Positions 1 to 12,659 of a stretch of DNA of 64,000 nt are shown here, piece after piece. How positions within the stretch are numbered: the stretch's first letter is position 1; every line of letters begins with the position of its first letter. The notes below the pieces were generated by a model that was not told where the DNA came from, ran no database searches, and saw only the letters and a program-made list of their open reading frames with translations. Source of the stretch: Mobula hypostoma (Eukaryota); NCBI RefSeq assembly GCF_963921235.1, contig NC_086100.1, forward strand, positions 203,486,001-203,550,000, read 5' to 3'. The translations under genes were made by a program, and so were the position numbers.

Positions 1-2265
1 TTAAGATGGAGAGTGACATAGTTAATTCAGAAACAAAGGTTCTGAACTTAAAGAGGGGTAACTTTGAAGGTATGAGATGAGAATTAGCTAAGATAGACTG
101 GCAAATGACACTTAAAGGATTGACGGTGGATATGCAATGGCAAGCATTTAAAGGTTGCATGGATGAACTACAATTGTTCATCCCAGTTTGGCAAAAGAAT
201 AAATCAAGGAAGGTAGTGCACCCATGGCTGACAAGAGAAATTAGGGATAGTATCAATTCCAAAGAAGAATCATACAAATTAGCCAGAGAAAGTGGCTCAC
301 CTGAGGACTGGGAGAAATTCAGAGTTCAGCAAAGGTGGACAAAGGGCTTAATTAGGAAGGGGAAAAAAGATTATGAGAGAAAACTGGCAGGGAACATAAA
401 AAAGGACTGTAAAAGCTTTTATAGATATGTAAAAAGGAAAAGACTGGTAAAGACAAATGTGGTCCCCTGCAGACAGAAACAGGTGAATTGATTATGGGGA
501 GCAAGGACATGGCAGACCAATTGAATAATTACTTTGGTTCTGTCTTCACTCAGGAGGACATAAATCTTTCAGAAATAGTAGGGGACAGAGGGTCCAGTGA
601 GATGGAGGAACTGAGCGAAATACATGTTAGTAGGGAAGTGGTGTTAGGTAAATTGAAGGGATTGAAGGCAGATAAATCCCCAGGGCCAGATGGTCTGCAT
701 CCTAGAGCGCTTAAGGAAGTAGCCCAAGAAAAAGTGGATGCATTAGTGATAATTTTTCAAAATTCGTTAGATTCTGGACTAGTTCCTGAGGATTGGAGGG
801 TGGCTAATGTAACTCCACTTTTTAAAAAAGGAGGGAGAGAGAAACCGGGGAATTATAGACCAGTTAGCCTAACGTCAGTGGTGGGGAAGCTGCTGGAGTC
901 AGTTATCAAGGATGTGATAACAGCACATTTGGAAAGCGGTGAAATCATCGGACAAAGTCAGCATGGAATTGTGAAAGGAAAATCATGTCTGACGAATCTC
1001 ACAGAATTTTTTGAGGATGTAACTAGTAGAGTGGATAGGGGAGAACCAGTGGATGTGGTATATTTGGATTTTCAAAAGGCTTTTGACAAGGTCCCACACA
1101 GGAGATTAGTGTGCAAACTTAAAGCACACGGTATTGGGGGTAAGGTATTGATGTGGGTGGAGAATTGGTTAGCAGACAGGAAGCAAAGAGTGGGAATAAA
1201 CGGGACCTTTTCAGAATGGCAGGCGGTGACTAGTGGGGTACCGCAAGGCTCAGTGCTGGGACCCCAGTTGTTTACAATATATATTAATGACTTGGATGAG
1301 GGAATTAAATGCAGCATCTCCAAGTTTGCGGATGACACGAAGCTGGGTGGCAGTGTTAGTTGTGAGGAGGATGCTAAGAGGATGCAGGGTGACTTGGATA
1401 GGTTGAGTGAGTGGGCAAATTCATGGCTGATGCAATTTAATGTGGATAAATGTGAAGTTATCCACTTTGGTGGCAAAAATAAGAAAACAGATTATTATCT
1501 GAATGGTGGCCGATTAGGAAAAGGGGAGGTGCAACGAGACCTGGGTGTCATTATACACCAGTCATTGAAAGTGGGCATGCAGGTACAGCAGGCGGTGAAA
1601 AAGGCGAATGGTATGCTGGCATTTATAGCGAGAGGATTCGAGTACAGGAGCAGGGAGGTACTACTGCAGTTGTACAAGGCCTTGGTGAGACCACACCTGG
1701 AGTATTGTGTGCAGTTTTGGTCCCCGAATCTGAGGAAAGACATCCTTGCCATAGAGGGAGTACAAAGAAGGTTCACCAGATTGATTCCTGGGATGGCAGG
1801 ACATTCATATGAAGAAATACTGGATGAACTGGGCTTGTACTCGTTGGAATTTAGAAGATTGAGGGGGGATCTGATTGAAACGTATAAAATCCTAAAGGGA
1901 TTGGACAGGCTAGATGCAGCAAGATTGTTCCCGATGTTGGGGAAGTCCAGAACGAGGGGTCACAGTTTGAGGATAAAGGGGAAGCCTTTTAGGACCGAGA
2001 TGAGGAAAAACTTCTTCACACAGAGAGTGGTGAATCTGTGGAATTCTCTGCCACAGGAAACAGTTGAGGCCAGTTCATTGGCTATATTTAAGAGGGAGTT
2101 AGATATGGCTCTTGTGGCTATGGGGGTCAGGGGGTATGGAGGGAAGGCTGGGGCGGGGTTCTGAGTTGGAGGATCAGCCCTGATCATAATAAATGGCGGG
2201 GCAGGCTTGAAGGGCCGAATGGCCTACTCCTGCACCTATTTTCTATGTTTCTCTGTTTCTATGTT
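1..2265 (+). mobile_element. CR1 LINE, 3' part of ORF2 (RT) and 3' UTR; runs off the window start
   Basis: ORF 488-2164 has CR1 RT motifs ([47 protein letters not shown]). Frameshift near 470. Ends in a TTTCTATG-type tail. Same subfamily as 43658-48059. Confidence 0.95.
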
Positions 2266-2727
2266 CTTTTACCCTACCATGCTTCCCCTGCCTCAATGGA
2301 ACTTACCTGCGTAGAACGCCATGCAAATATTCCCTGAACATTTGCAACATTTCTGCCGTGCATTTCCTTGAAAACACATGCCCACAATTTATGCTCCTGA
2401 CTTTCTGCCTAACAGCATGATATTTCCCTCTACCCAATTAAATGTTCACACAAATTTTGTGCTCCTGTCCCTCTCCAAAGCTATGGTGAAAGAGATAAAA
2501 GTTGTGATCACTTCCTCCAAAAATTTTTCCCTCTCCACCAACCAGGTTCATTTCCCAGTACCAGATCAAGTACAGCCTCTTCTCAAGTTGGATTGTCTAC
2601 ATATTGTGCCAGGAACCCTTCCTGAGCACACGTAACAAACTCCAACCCATCCAAACCCCTTGCTCCAAGGAATCACCCATCACAACAACCGTATTATTAT
2701 TGCACCCTTCCAGAATCTGCCTCCCTG

Positions 2728-3092
2728 AAACATAGAAAACCTACAGCACAATACGGGACCTTCGGCCCACAAAGCTGTGCCAAAGACATCCTTACCTTAG
2801 AGTTACCTATGCTTACCCATAGTCCTGTATTTTTCTAAGCTCCATATACCCATCCAGGAGTCTCTTAAACGACCCTGTCATTTCCACCTCCACCACTGCC
2901 GCCATTCCATGCACTCACCACTCCCTGTGTAAAAAACTTACACCTGACATCTCCTATGCCCCTACTTCCAAGCACCTTAAAACTATGCCTCACGTGCTTG
3001 CAACTTCAGCCCTGGGGAAAAAAGCCTCTGACTATCCACATGATCAATGCCTCTCATTTTCTTGTACACCTCTATCAGGTCACCTCTCATCC
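2728..3092 (-). mobile_element. CR1 3' end fragment
   Basis: Minus-strand MRGDLIEVYK..RGID.VDSQRLF, and reverse-complement tail GAAACATAGAAAACC at about 2727. Confidence 0.8.
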
Positions 3093-3359
3093 CTGCCTGC
3101 CTCTCGATGTCTCTGTTACTATTGGGGGGTCTATCAAAACACCCAATAGAGTTATTGACCCCTTCCTCTTTCTGAGTGCTCCCCACACTGACTCAGTGGA
3201 CAATCCCTTCACGTCTTCCTCGTTTTCTGCAGCCGTAATACTATCCCTGATTAGCAAGCCATGCTCCCACCTCTTTTACCTCCTTCTCTGTACTTCTTGA
3301 AACATCTAAAGCCCTGCACTCTCAGCAGCTATTCCTGCCCGACACATCCGTTTATGCAA

Positions 3360-4161
3360 TGTCATGTGACCGGCAACAATGAATATAGAATTGAGACAGA
3401 TTTTATAAAAACAAATATTTATTAAACTTTGCTCAAAAATAGCGAAATGTATTTAAACGACTAACTTAACCGAAATTTAACTGCTATACGGCAACTCTGG
3501 AACAGTTCTTAAAAGAGTAAATGCGAAAACAGTTCTTAAAGTGGTAAATTCGAACACAGTTCTTCGAATGGTAAATTCGAAAGTCCAAGAGATTTATACA
3601 GTCAATTAGGAGAGACATTCCTGATTAAAGAATTTCTCAAGGACATAAGTTACTGCTGATCCCAGCCGGAACCTGCCTTGTCCGCAGGATTCACGACGAT
3701 GGAAATAAAATGGTTTAAAGCAATTGACATTTTCCTCTGGAGAATAGACACTGCACAACCCTTCCTACTTTAGCAGGGGTTATCTCATGCAGGTTACTGT
3801 TTCTTGAACGAAGATTCAATAAAGGTCGATCCTGTCCAAAACCGCCAAACAATTATCAGCTTTACTCAACTCGGCGAATTCCTGTACTTTGGTAAGGTCT
3901 TCGCTCTCCAATAATACTTAAAATAGAAAGTAGAACTCAAAACGAAACTGCATCATAAGATGAATATGCAGCAATACAGAGTAACTAACACAAAACTAAA
4001 CTGAAAACTAACTGCGTCACACCAGGGGTCTCCTTTATAGATCTGTTGAGAACAGGTCATCATGTGACCTCACTGGCAGGAAAATTACATCACGTGACCT
4101 CCACAAGACCATTACATCATGCTCATAAGACAGTCAAAAGATATCAATGAGGTATGTAACA
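3360..4161 (-). repeat. 3' LTR of Gmr1-type element 1
   Basis: Direct repeat of 9251-10091, preceded on the minus strand by the purine tract GGAGGGAGG (4162-4170). Confidence 0.92.
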
Positions 4162-4927
4162 CCTCCCTCCAAAAAATAAATTTGGATCTTTTCAAAGCAA
4201 AATTTCAACAATTAACTACTTACAAAAAAAAACAAATGTATAAAATTTACAACTTACACAATGTACACAGAATTATCATACAGTATCTTGCAGGCTAATA
4301 TACAGTAGGAGTGTTCCAAGTGTTAAAATAGCACGCCATAAAAACATTTACATTGTACATTTAACATCTAGACAATCCAGCGATCACATTATCTTTACCT
4401 TTAATATGAGTGATCAAAATATTATACTCCTGTAACAGCAAACTCCAATTTAGTAATCTTCTCTTTTTGTTTTTCATCTTACTCAAAAACACCAACGGAT
4501 TATGATCGGTGTACACTATGAGTGGTTTCTGAGTAGTACCACCATACACTTCAAAATGTTGTAAAGCCAAAACAAGAGATAATAATTCCTTTTCTATATT
4601 TGAATAATTTCTTTGATGGGCATTAAATTTCTCAGAAGAATAAGCTACCAGACGATCAACTTCATCACCCTCATCCCTTTGAAGTAACACTGCTCTGGCA
4701 GCTTCATCACTAGCATCTACAGCTGATGAAAATGGTTTTTCAAAGTCAGGGGATTTGAGTACAGGTTGACTACATATTATAGTTTTCAATTTATCAAAGG
4801 CCTCTTGACAAGGCTCTGTCCAAACAAACTTTTCATTTTTCCTCAAAAGGTTAGTTAATGGAAGAACAATATTCTCACAAGTCTTACAAAATTTTCGGTA
4901 ATATCCTACCATACCCAAGAATCTTCT

Positions 4928-5119
4928 TCAAAGTTGCTGGTGAACGCAGCAGGCCAGGCAGCATCTCTAGGAAGAAGTACAGCCGACGTTTCGGGCCAGT
5001 CTCGGCCCAAAAAGTCGACTGTACCTCTTCTGAGAGATGCTGCCTGGCCTGCTGCATTCACCAGCAACTTTGATGTGTGTTGCTTGAATTTCCAGTATCT
5101 GCAGAATTCCTCGTGTTTA
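4928..5119. mobile_element. Penelope-like terminal fragment folded into a 70-bp-arm hairpin, inserted in Gypsy pol
   Basis: Arms 4928-4997 and 5004-5073. 13-bp TSD CCAAGAATCTTCT at 4915-4927 and 5120-5132. Sequence matches the terminus of 51984-53154. Confidence 0.88.
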
Positions 5120-7963
5120 CCAAGAATCTTCTGAGAGTTTTCTTACCAGTTGGTGTGGGTACTTCTAAAATTGCCTGAACTTTTGCCTGAAGAGGAGCTA
5201 ATTTTCCTTGAACCACAACATAACCAAGGTAGGTCACTGTGGCATGACCAAATTCACTTTTAGCTAAGTTAATAGTTAAGTTAGCTTTTAAAAGTCTTTC
5301 AGTTTCTCCACCACAGTAATATGTGCTTTTCACGTATTATTTCTTGTAACTAAATCATCAGTACAGGCATATGTATCTTTTAACCCATGAATCACACTAT
5401 TAATCATCCACTGGAGAGTACCTGGTGCATTCATCATCCCAAATGGAAGAACATTATATTCATATAACCCAGATGGGGTTTCAAACGCGGAAATCTCTCT
5501 ACCTCTGTCCATCAATGGAACACACCATTAACCGTTTCACAAAACAATCTTTGTAAGGAACTTTGCTTGTCCAACTTTATCCACACATTCATCTACCCTA
5601 TAGATTGGATATGCATCAGTTTTAGTCACAGCATTCACCTTCCTTTAATCTGTACAAAACCGAATACAATTGTCTGGCTTAGCACCATAACACACGGTGA
5701 ACTCCAATTCGAATTAGAAGGTCTAATAATATTATTCTCTAACATACACTTAATTTCTTGTTCAGCAAGTTCACATTTTTCCCTGTTCATCCAATATGGA
5801 TGTTGTTTTATGGGTTTTGCATCTCCAACATCTACATCATGTGAAGCTACTGTGGTTCTTTTAAGAACGTCTGGAAATAAATCCCTAAATTTAAAAAATA
5901 ACTGTTTCATCTGTACTCTCCATTCTGGCTGTAAATGAGCTAATTTCTCATCAATATTTTCCAGAATTGTTGAGTTTGGTAATCTGGCAGAAATAATGTT
6001 GGGTTTAAAATGAGTTTCAGACGAATCTTCCATTACGTTCCCAGTGGGATCAAACTCATTATTATTGACCACAACAGTCATAGTAGCAGCCTGTTTCTCA
6101 TAATACGGTTTTATCATATTTATATGATACAGCTGTGTTGCCTTTCTTAAGTTTGTGGTTTTTATCACGTAATCTAAAATGATTTACTTTAGATTTAATC
6201 TCTTAAGGACCATGAAATTTTGCTTGTAACAGGTTCGTTTGCACCGGGAAAAGAACCAACACCTTATCTCCAGGCTTAAATTACCTCATTCTAGCTTCCT
6301 TATCATACCAAGTCTTCATTTTCTCCTGAGCCAATTTTAAACTTTCCTTGGCTAAACTGCAAGCTTTATGTAATCTTTCTTTGAATTTTAAAACATAATC
6401 CAGCAAATTAGTGTGTACCCCTTTATTAATCCACTGTTCTTTCAACAAGGCCAAAGGTCCTCAAACTCTATGCCAAAACACAAGTTCAAGAGGACTAAAA
6501 CCTAGTGATTCATGCACTGCCTCCCATACTGCAAAAAGTAGTAAATGTACGCCTTCATCCCAGTCCTTTTCATTTTCCACACAGTACGTTCTAATCATAG
6601 TTCTAAGGGTAGAATGGAATCTCTCCAAAGCTCCTTGTGATTCTGGATGATATGCAGATGAGGTAATCTGTTTTGCTCCCAGGTTATAAACTATCTACTG
6701 AAACAATCCAGACATAAAATTACTACCTTGATCCGATTGTATTTCCTTAGGAAACCCAAAATAATTAAAGAATTTTAGAAGCGCCTTTGTCACAGTTTTG
6801 GCTGTTATATTCCTAAGAGGTACTGCCTCTGGAAATCTACACGCTGTGCACATAATGGTCAGCAAATATTGATGTCCAGTTTTAGTTTTTGGCAATGGGT
6901 CTACACAATCTGTAATAATTTTGGAAAACGGCTCACCAAATGCTGGAATCAGTTGCAGCGGGGCCACTGGAGTAACTTGATTAGGTTTACCCACAATTTG
7001 ACAAGTATGACATGTCCTGCAAAATGTCGCCACATCTTTTCTTAAACTAGGCCAATATAAATGTCTAAAAACCTTGTTCATAGTTTTCTTTACACCTTGA
7101 TGACCACCCAAAGACATACTATGAGCCATAGTTAAAATCTCATTTTGATAAACTTTAGGAACTACTACCTGGTGATTAGCTTCCCATTCCTCACTTGCAG
7201 GAATTGAAGGTGATCTCCACTTCCTCATTAATACTCCCTTTTCAAAATAATATCCTACTGGCACCTTCTCAATTTCACGATCTGGAAGAGCTTCTTCCTT
7301 TAATTTGATGATCTCAGCGTCTCTACTCGACTCTGCGATTATCTCCTTCTGAGATAAAGACAAATTTTCATGGCCAGACTTACTCCAATAATCTTGATCA
7401 AATAATGAAGGTAAGAAAGTTTCTGACACATCCTCAAAATTCGAATCCTGAGTTGAACAGTCATGGGTAACTGACCCATCCTGCACATAATCTTTTTAGC
7501 CATAGCTCGGGTTACAACACAGGAAGAATCTGTGTTAGAATCCCTCTGTGGTTCCTCAGAAAGAGGCTTTATTGTCAAATGCACTTCAGGAAAAAACTTG
7601 TCCACCTGCTAAGTCATTCCCTAACAATAAAGAAACATCATTCACTGGTAAACTGGGTTGTAGTCCTACTTTAACAGGCCCTGTAACTAACCCTGACCTT
7701 AAGTTTTCTTTATACAAATGTACTGGCATAAGGGCACTCCCAACTCCTCTTATATAGTTTACCTCAACAATGTCAGACTCATCACTAAACTTTAGCACAC
7801 TGTCTAATATTAGTGATTGAGAAGCTCCAGTATCTCTAAGGATTCTTATTGGTATTGGATTGGAACCCTGTTTCAAGGATACAAATCCCTCGGTTATAAA
7901 ATGTTCATATTCCCTCTTAACTTGGTCAGACTCTGACAAAACTTCATTTGTATTTATCGAACT

Positions 7964-9148
7964 CTATGAATTTACAGGTGTTTCAATATGCTGCACACAA
8001 GCATCTGGGACGGCTTCCTTCTCTTTATTTTTCAATCGAAAACAGTTAGCTATTACATGTCCAGGTCTCTTACAATAATTACAAATAGGACCAAAATGTC
8101 TTTCCTTCACATGTGTCCCTTCATCCTTACCTTTCTCACTAACTTCAGATTTAATTTCGGGTTTACCTTGACTCTCTGTGCTAATTTTCCTTTTAAAAGT
8201 TCTACCTGGAGAAAATTTACTCTTATGAATTAAAGCATACTCATCAGCTAATATAGCAGACTCCTGCAATGTAGCTGTGTCCCTCTCATTTAAGTATGTC
8301 CTCACTTCAACAGGAACGCTCCTTTTAAATTCCTCCAGTAAAATTAACTCTTTTAATTTATTATACTCCCTATTCACATTTTTAGAGGAAACCCATCTCT
8401 CAAAACACACAGATTTCTCGTAGGCAAATTGCATGCAAGTTTTTTCCACAGATTTCTTCAAATTTCTGAATCTTTCTCTATAAGCTACTGGAACCAGTTC
8501 ATACGCTTTCAGTATATGCTGCTTCACAATATCATAATCAAGTGCTTGCTCAGCAGTTAAAGCTGTATAAATTTGTTGTGCCTTGCCTCTAATTACACTT
8601 TGTAACATCACTGGCCATCTATCTTTCGGCCACCCTAAACTCAGGGCAATAGTATCAAAATGTTGGAAAGATTTGTCCACTTCTGTTTCATTAAATGGAG
8701 GAGACAAAATAACCTCTTGACTAGCAACAAACTGTTTCCTGGAACCAGAAGACTGATTTTCCATCCTTAATTTCTCCATCTCTAGCTCAAATTTCATCTG
8801 GTTATCAGCTTCTCTTTCTTTAAATTCCCTTAGTTTATTTGCCTCTCTTTCAGCCATTTCCGCTTTAAATCGTTCAAACTTTATCTGTTCAAGATGTAAC
8901 TGCATTTCCAGTGTACGCATTGGAAACCTCCCTAACACCTCATCATCAAACTTTCCCAAACTTATATAATGTTCCGCGATTTTTCTCTGAATTACGGGCT
9001 TTGTTGTGACCTTCGTAATTCCTTTAAGATCCACCCTTCTAGCAATCTCGAATACATCACCCTTTCTCGCCTTCACTAAAAACTTCGGGTCTAGCGATTC
9101 CATAAAGTCGTCAATCTTCATTGCTGCTGAATACCACCCACAGACCAA
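7964..9148 (-). CDS. gag: Gypsy Gag (open frame, C-terminal CCHC zinc knuckle)
   Basis: 394-codon open frame with CX2CX4HX4C; probable ATG near 9121 (MKIDDF); homologous to the disrupted copy at 43098-48700. Confidence 0.8.
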   Translation of the reverse strand: MVCGWYSAAMKIDDFMESLDPKFLVKARKGDVFEIARRVDLKGITKVTTKPVIQRKIAEHYISLGKFDDEVLGRFPMRTLEMQLHLEQIKFERFKAEMAEREANKLREFKEREADNQMKFELEMEKLRMENQSSGSRKQFVASQEVILSPPFNETEVDKSFQHFDTIALSLGWPKDRWPVMLQSVIRGKAQQIYTALTAEQALDYDIVKQHILKAYELVPVAYRERFRNLKKSVEKTCMQFAYEKSVCFERWVSSKNVNREYNKLKELILLEEFKRSVPVEVRTYLNERDTATLQESAILADEYALIHKSKFSPGRTFKRKISTESQGKPEIKSEVSEKGKDEGTHVKERHFGPICNYCKRPGHVIANCFRLKNKEKEAVPDACVQHIETPVNS

Positions 9149-9226
9149 TCAAACAAAAGAATTGGGTATTTCCCTTCTCCAAATCAGATTGAGAATTAAA
9201 CAAGCACTTAAGCTCAAAATTGGAGC

Positions 9227-9246
9227 AAATCTGGGCGAGCCACCAA
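9227..9246 (-). promoter_or_regulatory. Primer-binding site, tRNA-Pro-like
   Basis: Minus strand TGGTGGCTCGCCCAGATTTG just inside the 5' LTR, resembling the tRNA-Pro complement TGGGGGCTCGTCCGGGATTTG. Confidence 0.75.
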
Positions 9247-9250
9247 ATTA

Positions 9251-10091
9251 TGTCACGTGACCGGCAACAATGAATATAGAATTGAAAACACGAGGAAATC
9301 TGCAGATGCTGGAATTTCAAGCAACACACATAAAAATTGCTGGTGAACGCAGCAGGCCAGACAGCATCTATTGGAAGAGGTACCTCCATTAAACTATGCT
9401 CAAAAATAGCGAAATGTATTTAAACAACTAACTTAGCTGGAAGTTAACTGCTATACGGCATCCCTGGAACAGTTCTTAAAAGGGTAAATGCGAAAACAGT
9501 TCTTAAAGTGGTAAATTCGAACACAGTTCTTTGAATGGTAAATTTGAAAGTCCAAGAGATTTATACACTCTATTAGGAGAGACTTTCCTGAAGTAAATAA
9601 TTCCTCGAAGACGTGACGTTACTGCTGATCCCAGCCGGAACCTGCCTTGTCCGCAGGATTCACGACGATGGAAGTTAAACGGTTTAAAGGAACTGACCTT
9701 TTCCTCTGGAGAATAGACACTGCACAATCCTTCCTACTTTAGCAGGGGTTATCTCACGCAGGTCACTGTTTCTTGAATGAAGATTCAATAAAGGTCGATC
9801 CTCTCCAAAACCGTCAAACAATATCAGCTTTACTCGACTCGGCGAATTCCTGTACTTTGGTAAGGTCTTCACTCTCCAGTACTACTTACAATAGAAAGTA
9901 GAACTCCACTTTAAAACGAAACTGCATCATAAGATGAATACGCAGCAATACAGAGTAACTATCACGAAACTAAACTGAAAACTAACTGCGTCCTTTATAT
10001 ACCTGTTGAGAACAGGTCATCATGTGACCTCCGCAAGACCATTACATCATGCTCATAAAACAGTCACAAGATATCCATGAGGTATGTAACA
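9251..10091 (-). repeat. 5' LTR of Gmr1-type element 1 (contains Penelope tail insert 9286-9387)
   Basis: Matches 3360-4161 apart from the insert and small deletions. Confidence 0.92.
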
Positions 10092-10454
10092 GTAATGTCA
10101 CGGTTCCACGTATTGATCCACGCACTAAGTTCATCCGTGTTGTCTATGATACTTCTCGCATTAAAATAGACACAACTCAAACCATCAGGCTGAGTGCACC
10201 TTTGTTCTGTCATCTCCCTATTCTTCCTCACAAACTCCCTGCATGCTGCCTCTTCACTTCGTTTTCCAGCCTCCTGCAAATCTAGTTTAAGCCCTGCTCA
10301 ATAGCATCACCATACCTCCCCCCACCCCCCAGGATATTTGTTCCTCTCCAGTTCAGGTGTAAACCATCCCCATCAGCCCTTCCCCAGTAAAGGTTCCAAT
10401 GATTCAAGAACTTGAAACCCTGCCCCCAACCCCATCTCCTCCACTCATTCGGCA

Positions 10455-11493
10455 GCGGTGTAAAAGTAACATTAGAAAATTTGCAGATGACACAAAGCTG
10501 GGTGGCAGTGTGAAATGTGGGGAGGATGTTGAGATAATACAGGATGACTTGGACAGGTTGGGTGAGTGGGCAGATGCAGTTTAATGTGGATAAATGTGAG
10601 GTTATCCACTTTGGTGGCAAGAACAGGAAGGCAGATTACTTTCTGAATGGTGTCAAGTTAGGAAAAGGGGAAGTACAACAAGTTCTAGGTGTCCTTGTTC
10701 ACCAGTCACTGAAAGTAAGCATTCAGGTATAGCAGGCAGTGACGAAAACTAATGGCATATTGGCCTTCATAACAAGGAGAGTTGAGTATAGGTGCAAAGA
10801 AGTCCTTCTGCAGTTGTACAGGGCCCTGGTGAGACCACACCTGGAGTATTGTGTGCAGTTTAGGTCTCCAAATTTGAGAAAGGACATTCTTGCTATGGAG
10901 GGAGTGCAGCATAGGTTGACAAGGTTAATTCCCAGGATGGCGGGACTGTCATATGTTGAAAGATTGGAGCAACTCGGCTTGTACACACTGGAATTTGGAA
11001 GGATGAGAGGGGATCTCATTGAAACATATAAGATTATTCAGGGATTAGACTCCTCCTTTCCCTTCTGAGCCTCAGAGCCAACCTCAGTGCTATCGGTCTG
11101 GCTGCCACTGAGTTGCGCATAGTTCATGTGGATAGTCGGAGGCTTTTTCCCAGGGCTGAAATGGCTGGCACGAGAGGGCATAGTTTTAAGGTGCTTGGAA
11201 GTAGGTACAGAGGAGATGTCAGGGGTAAGTTTTTTTACGAAGAGAGTGGTGAGTGCGTGGAATGGGCTGCTGGCAGCAGTGGAGGCGGAAATGATAGGGT
11301 CTTTTAAGAGACTCCTGGATGGCTACATGGAGCATAGAAAAACAGTGGGCTATGGGTCTTCATCATAGCTTATCGCACCAGAGAGGGCTATGGGTAAAGC
11401 CTCGGTAGTTCTAGGTAGGGACATGTTCGGCACAGCTTTGTGGGCCAAAGGGCCTGTATTATGCTGTAGGTTTCCTATGTTTCTATATTTCTA
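10455..11493 (+). mobile_element. CR1 RT/3' end fragments (at least two pieces)
   Basis: FADDTKLGG, RPHLEYCVQF, FFTKRVVSAWN; TTTC(C)TATG tail near 11470-11493. Confidence 0.8.
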
Positions 11494-12659
11494 GGTCCTC
11501 CCCCTCAGCAGTTCTCCCATTTGTTCTTATGCTGTCTTTGACTTCCCTCGTCAGCCACAATCGCCTCGTCCTCCCTTTAGAATACTTCTTCGTCTTTGGG
11601 ATATTTCTATCCTGTGCCTTTTGCATTGGCCCAGAAACTCGAACCACTGCTGCCATGCTGTTATCCTGCTAGTGTCCCATTCCAATCAACTTTGGCCATC
11701 TCCTCTCCCTTGCCTTTGTTTTCCCTTTTCCCCACTATCATTGTGATACACTGCAGAGGGTGCAGAAGAGGTTCACTGGGATGTTCTCTGGATTGGAGGC
11801 ATGAGTTACTGTCTAAGGAGAGTTCGGACAAATGTAGATAGGTTTCTCTGGAGTGTAGGAGGTTCAGGGCGACCTGATAAAGCTTGACAAGATTACGATA
11901 GACATAGATAGAGTTGATAGTTGGTATCATTATACTCCCTGAGTCAAAATTTCAAATACTAGAGTGCATTCATTTAGAGGGATGAGGAGAAATCTCTTTA
12001 GCCAGCAAGTGGTGATGCTGTGGAATTCATTGCCATGGATGGGTATATTTAAAGGAGAGTTTGATTATTAAAGACGTCAAAGGTCTTGGGGAGAAGGCAG
12101 GAGAAAGGGGTTGAGAAGGAAAATAAAAGACACTGGGACAGGTACAGAAAGCGGAAACTTTAGAGTGAGATGTGTCAAGCACAGAGAGATGGGATAGTCT
12201 CAGACAGGGGTTCTTGTCTGGCACGGAGCAGTGGGGCTGAACACCGGTTCATTTTCCACTCTCAGACTTTCACTGAGACCATTTCTCATCAGTACATGTT
12301 TTACAAAAATTACATTTCAATGCACAAGTTCAACGTAAATTTATAATCAAACTGTGTTAACCAGATGCTATCGGACAATTCCATTTCTTGTTGGCAAGGC
12401 AACTCAATGCAAACCCCCAGCCTGGGGTAGGGAATGGGACCCAATTCCAGAGGGGGAGCATTGCGTGAGTCTGTGAAGGAGCCCTAACGCCATCCTCCTC
12501 ATTCCCCTTTTCCATTCTCACTCCCCTCCCTCACACTTCACTGCATGTGTTTGTGTGTGTGAGAGACCTGCCTGACCACTTATCCTCCATCAACAATGTC
12601 CCCTCTCCTCTAACACACTCACACTCCTGCATACACCACAATCCTCACTGGCTCAAATA

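Larger units (their letters stand above)
3360..10091 (-). mobile_element. Full-length, degenerate Gypsy LTR retrotransposon, Gmr1-type (gag-PR-INT-RT-RH)
   Basis: LTRs 3360-4161 and 9251-10091 (TG...CA). Gag 9148-7964 with CCHC knuckle (CNYCKRPGHVIANC). Protease LRDTGASQS 7939-7586. Integrase (H-H-C-C, DQGSNF) 7486 to about 6200. RT about 5700-5130, RNase H 4918-4361. Imperfect TSD GCAA/GTAA inside a minus-strand CR1. Confidence 0.93.
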
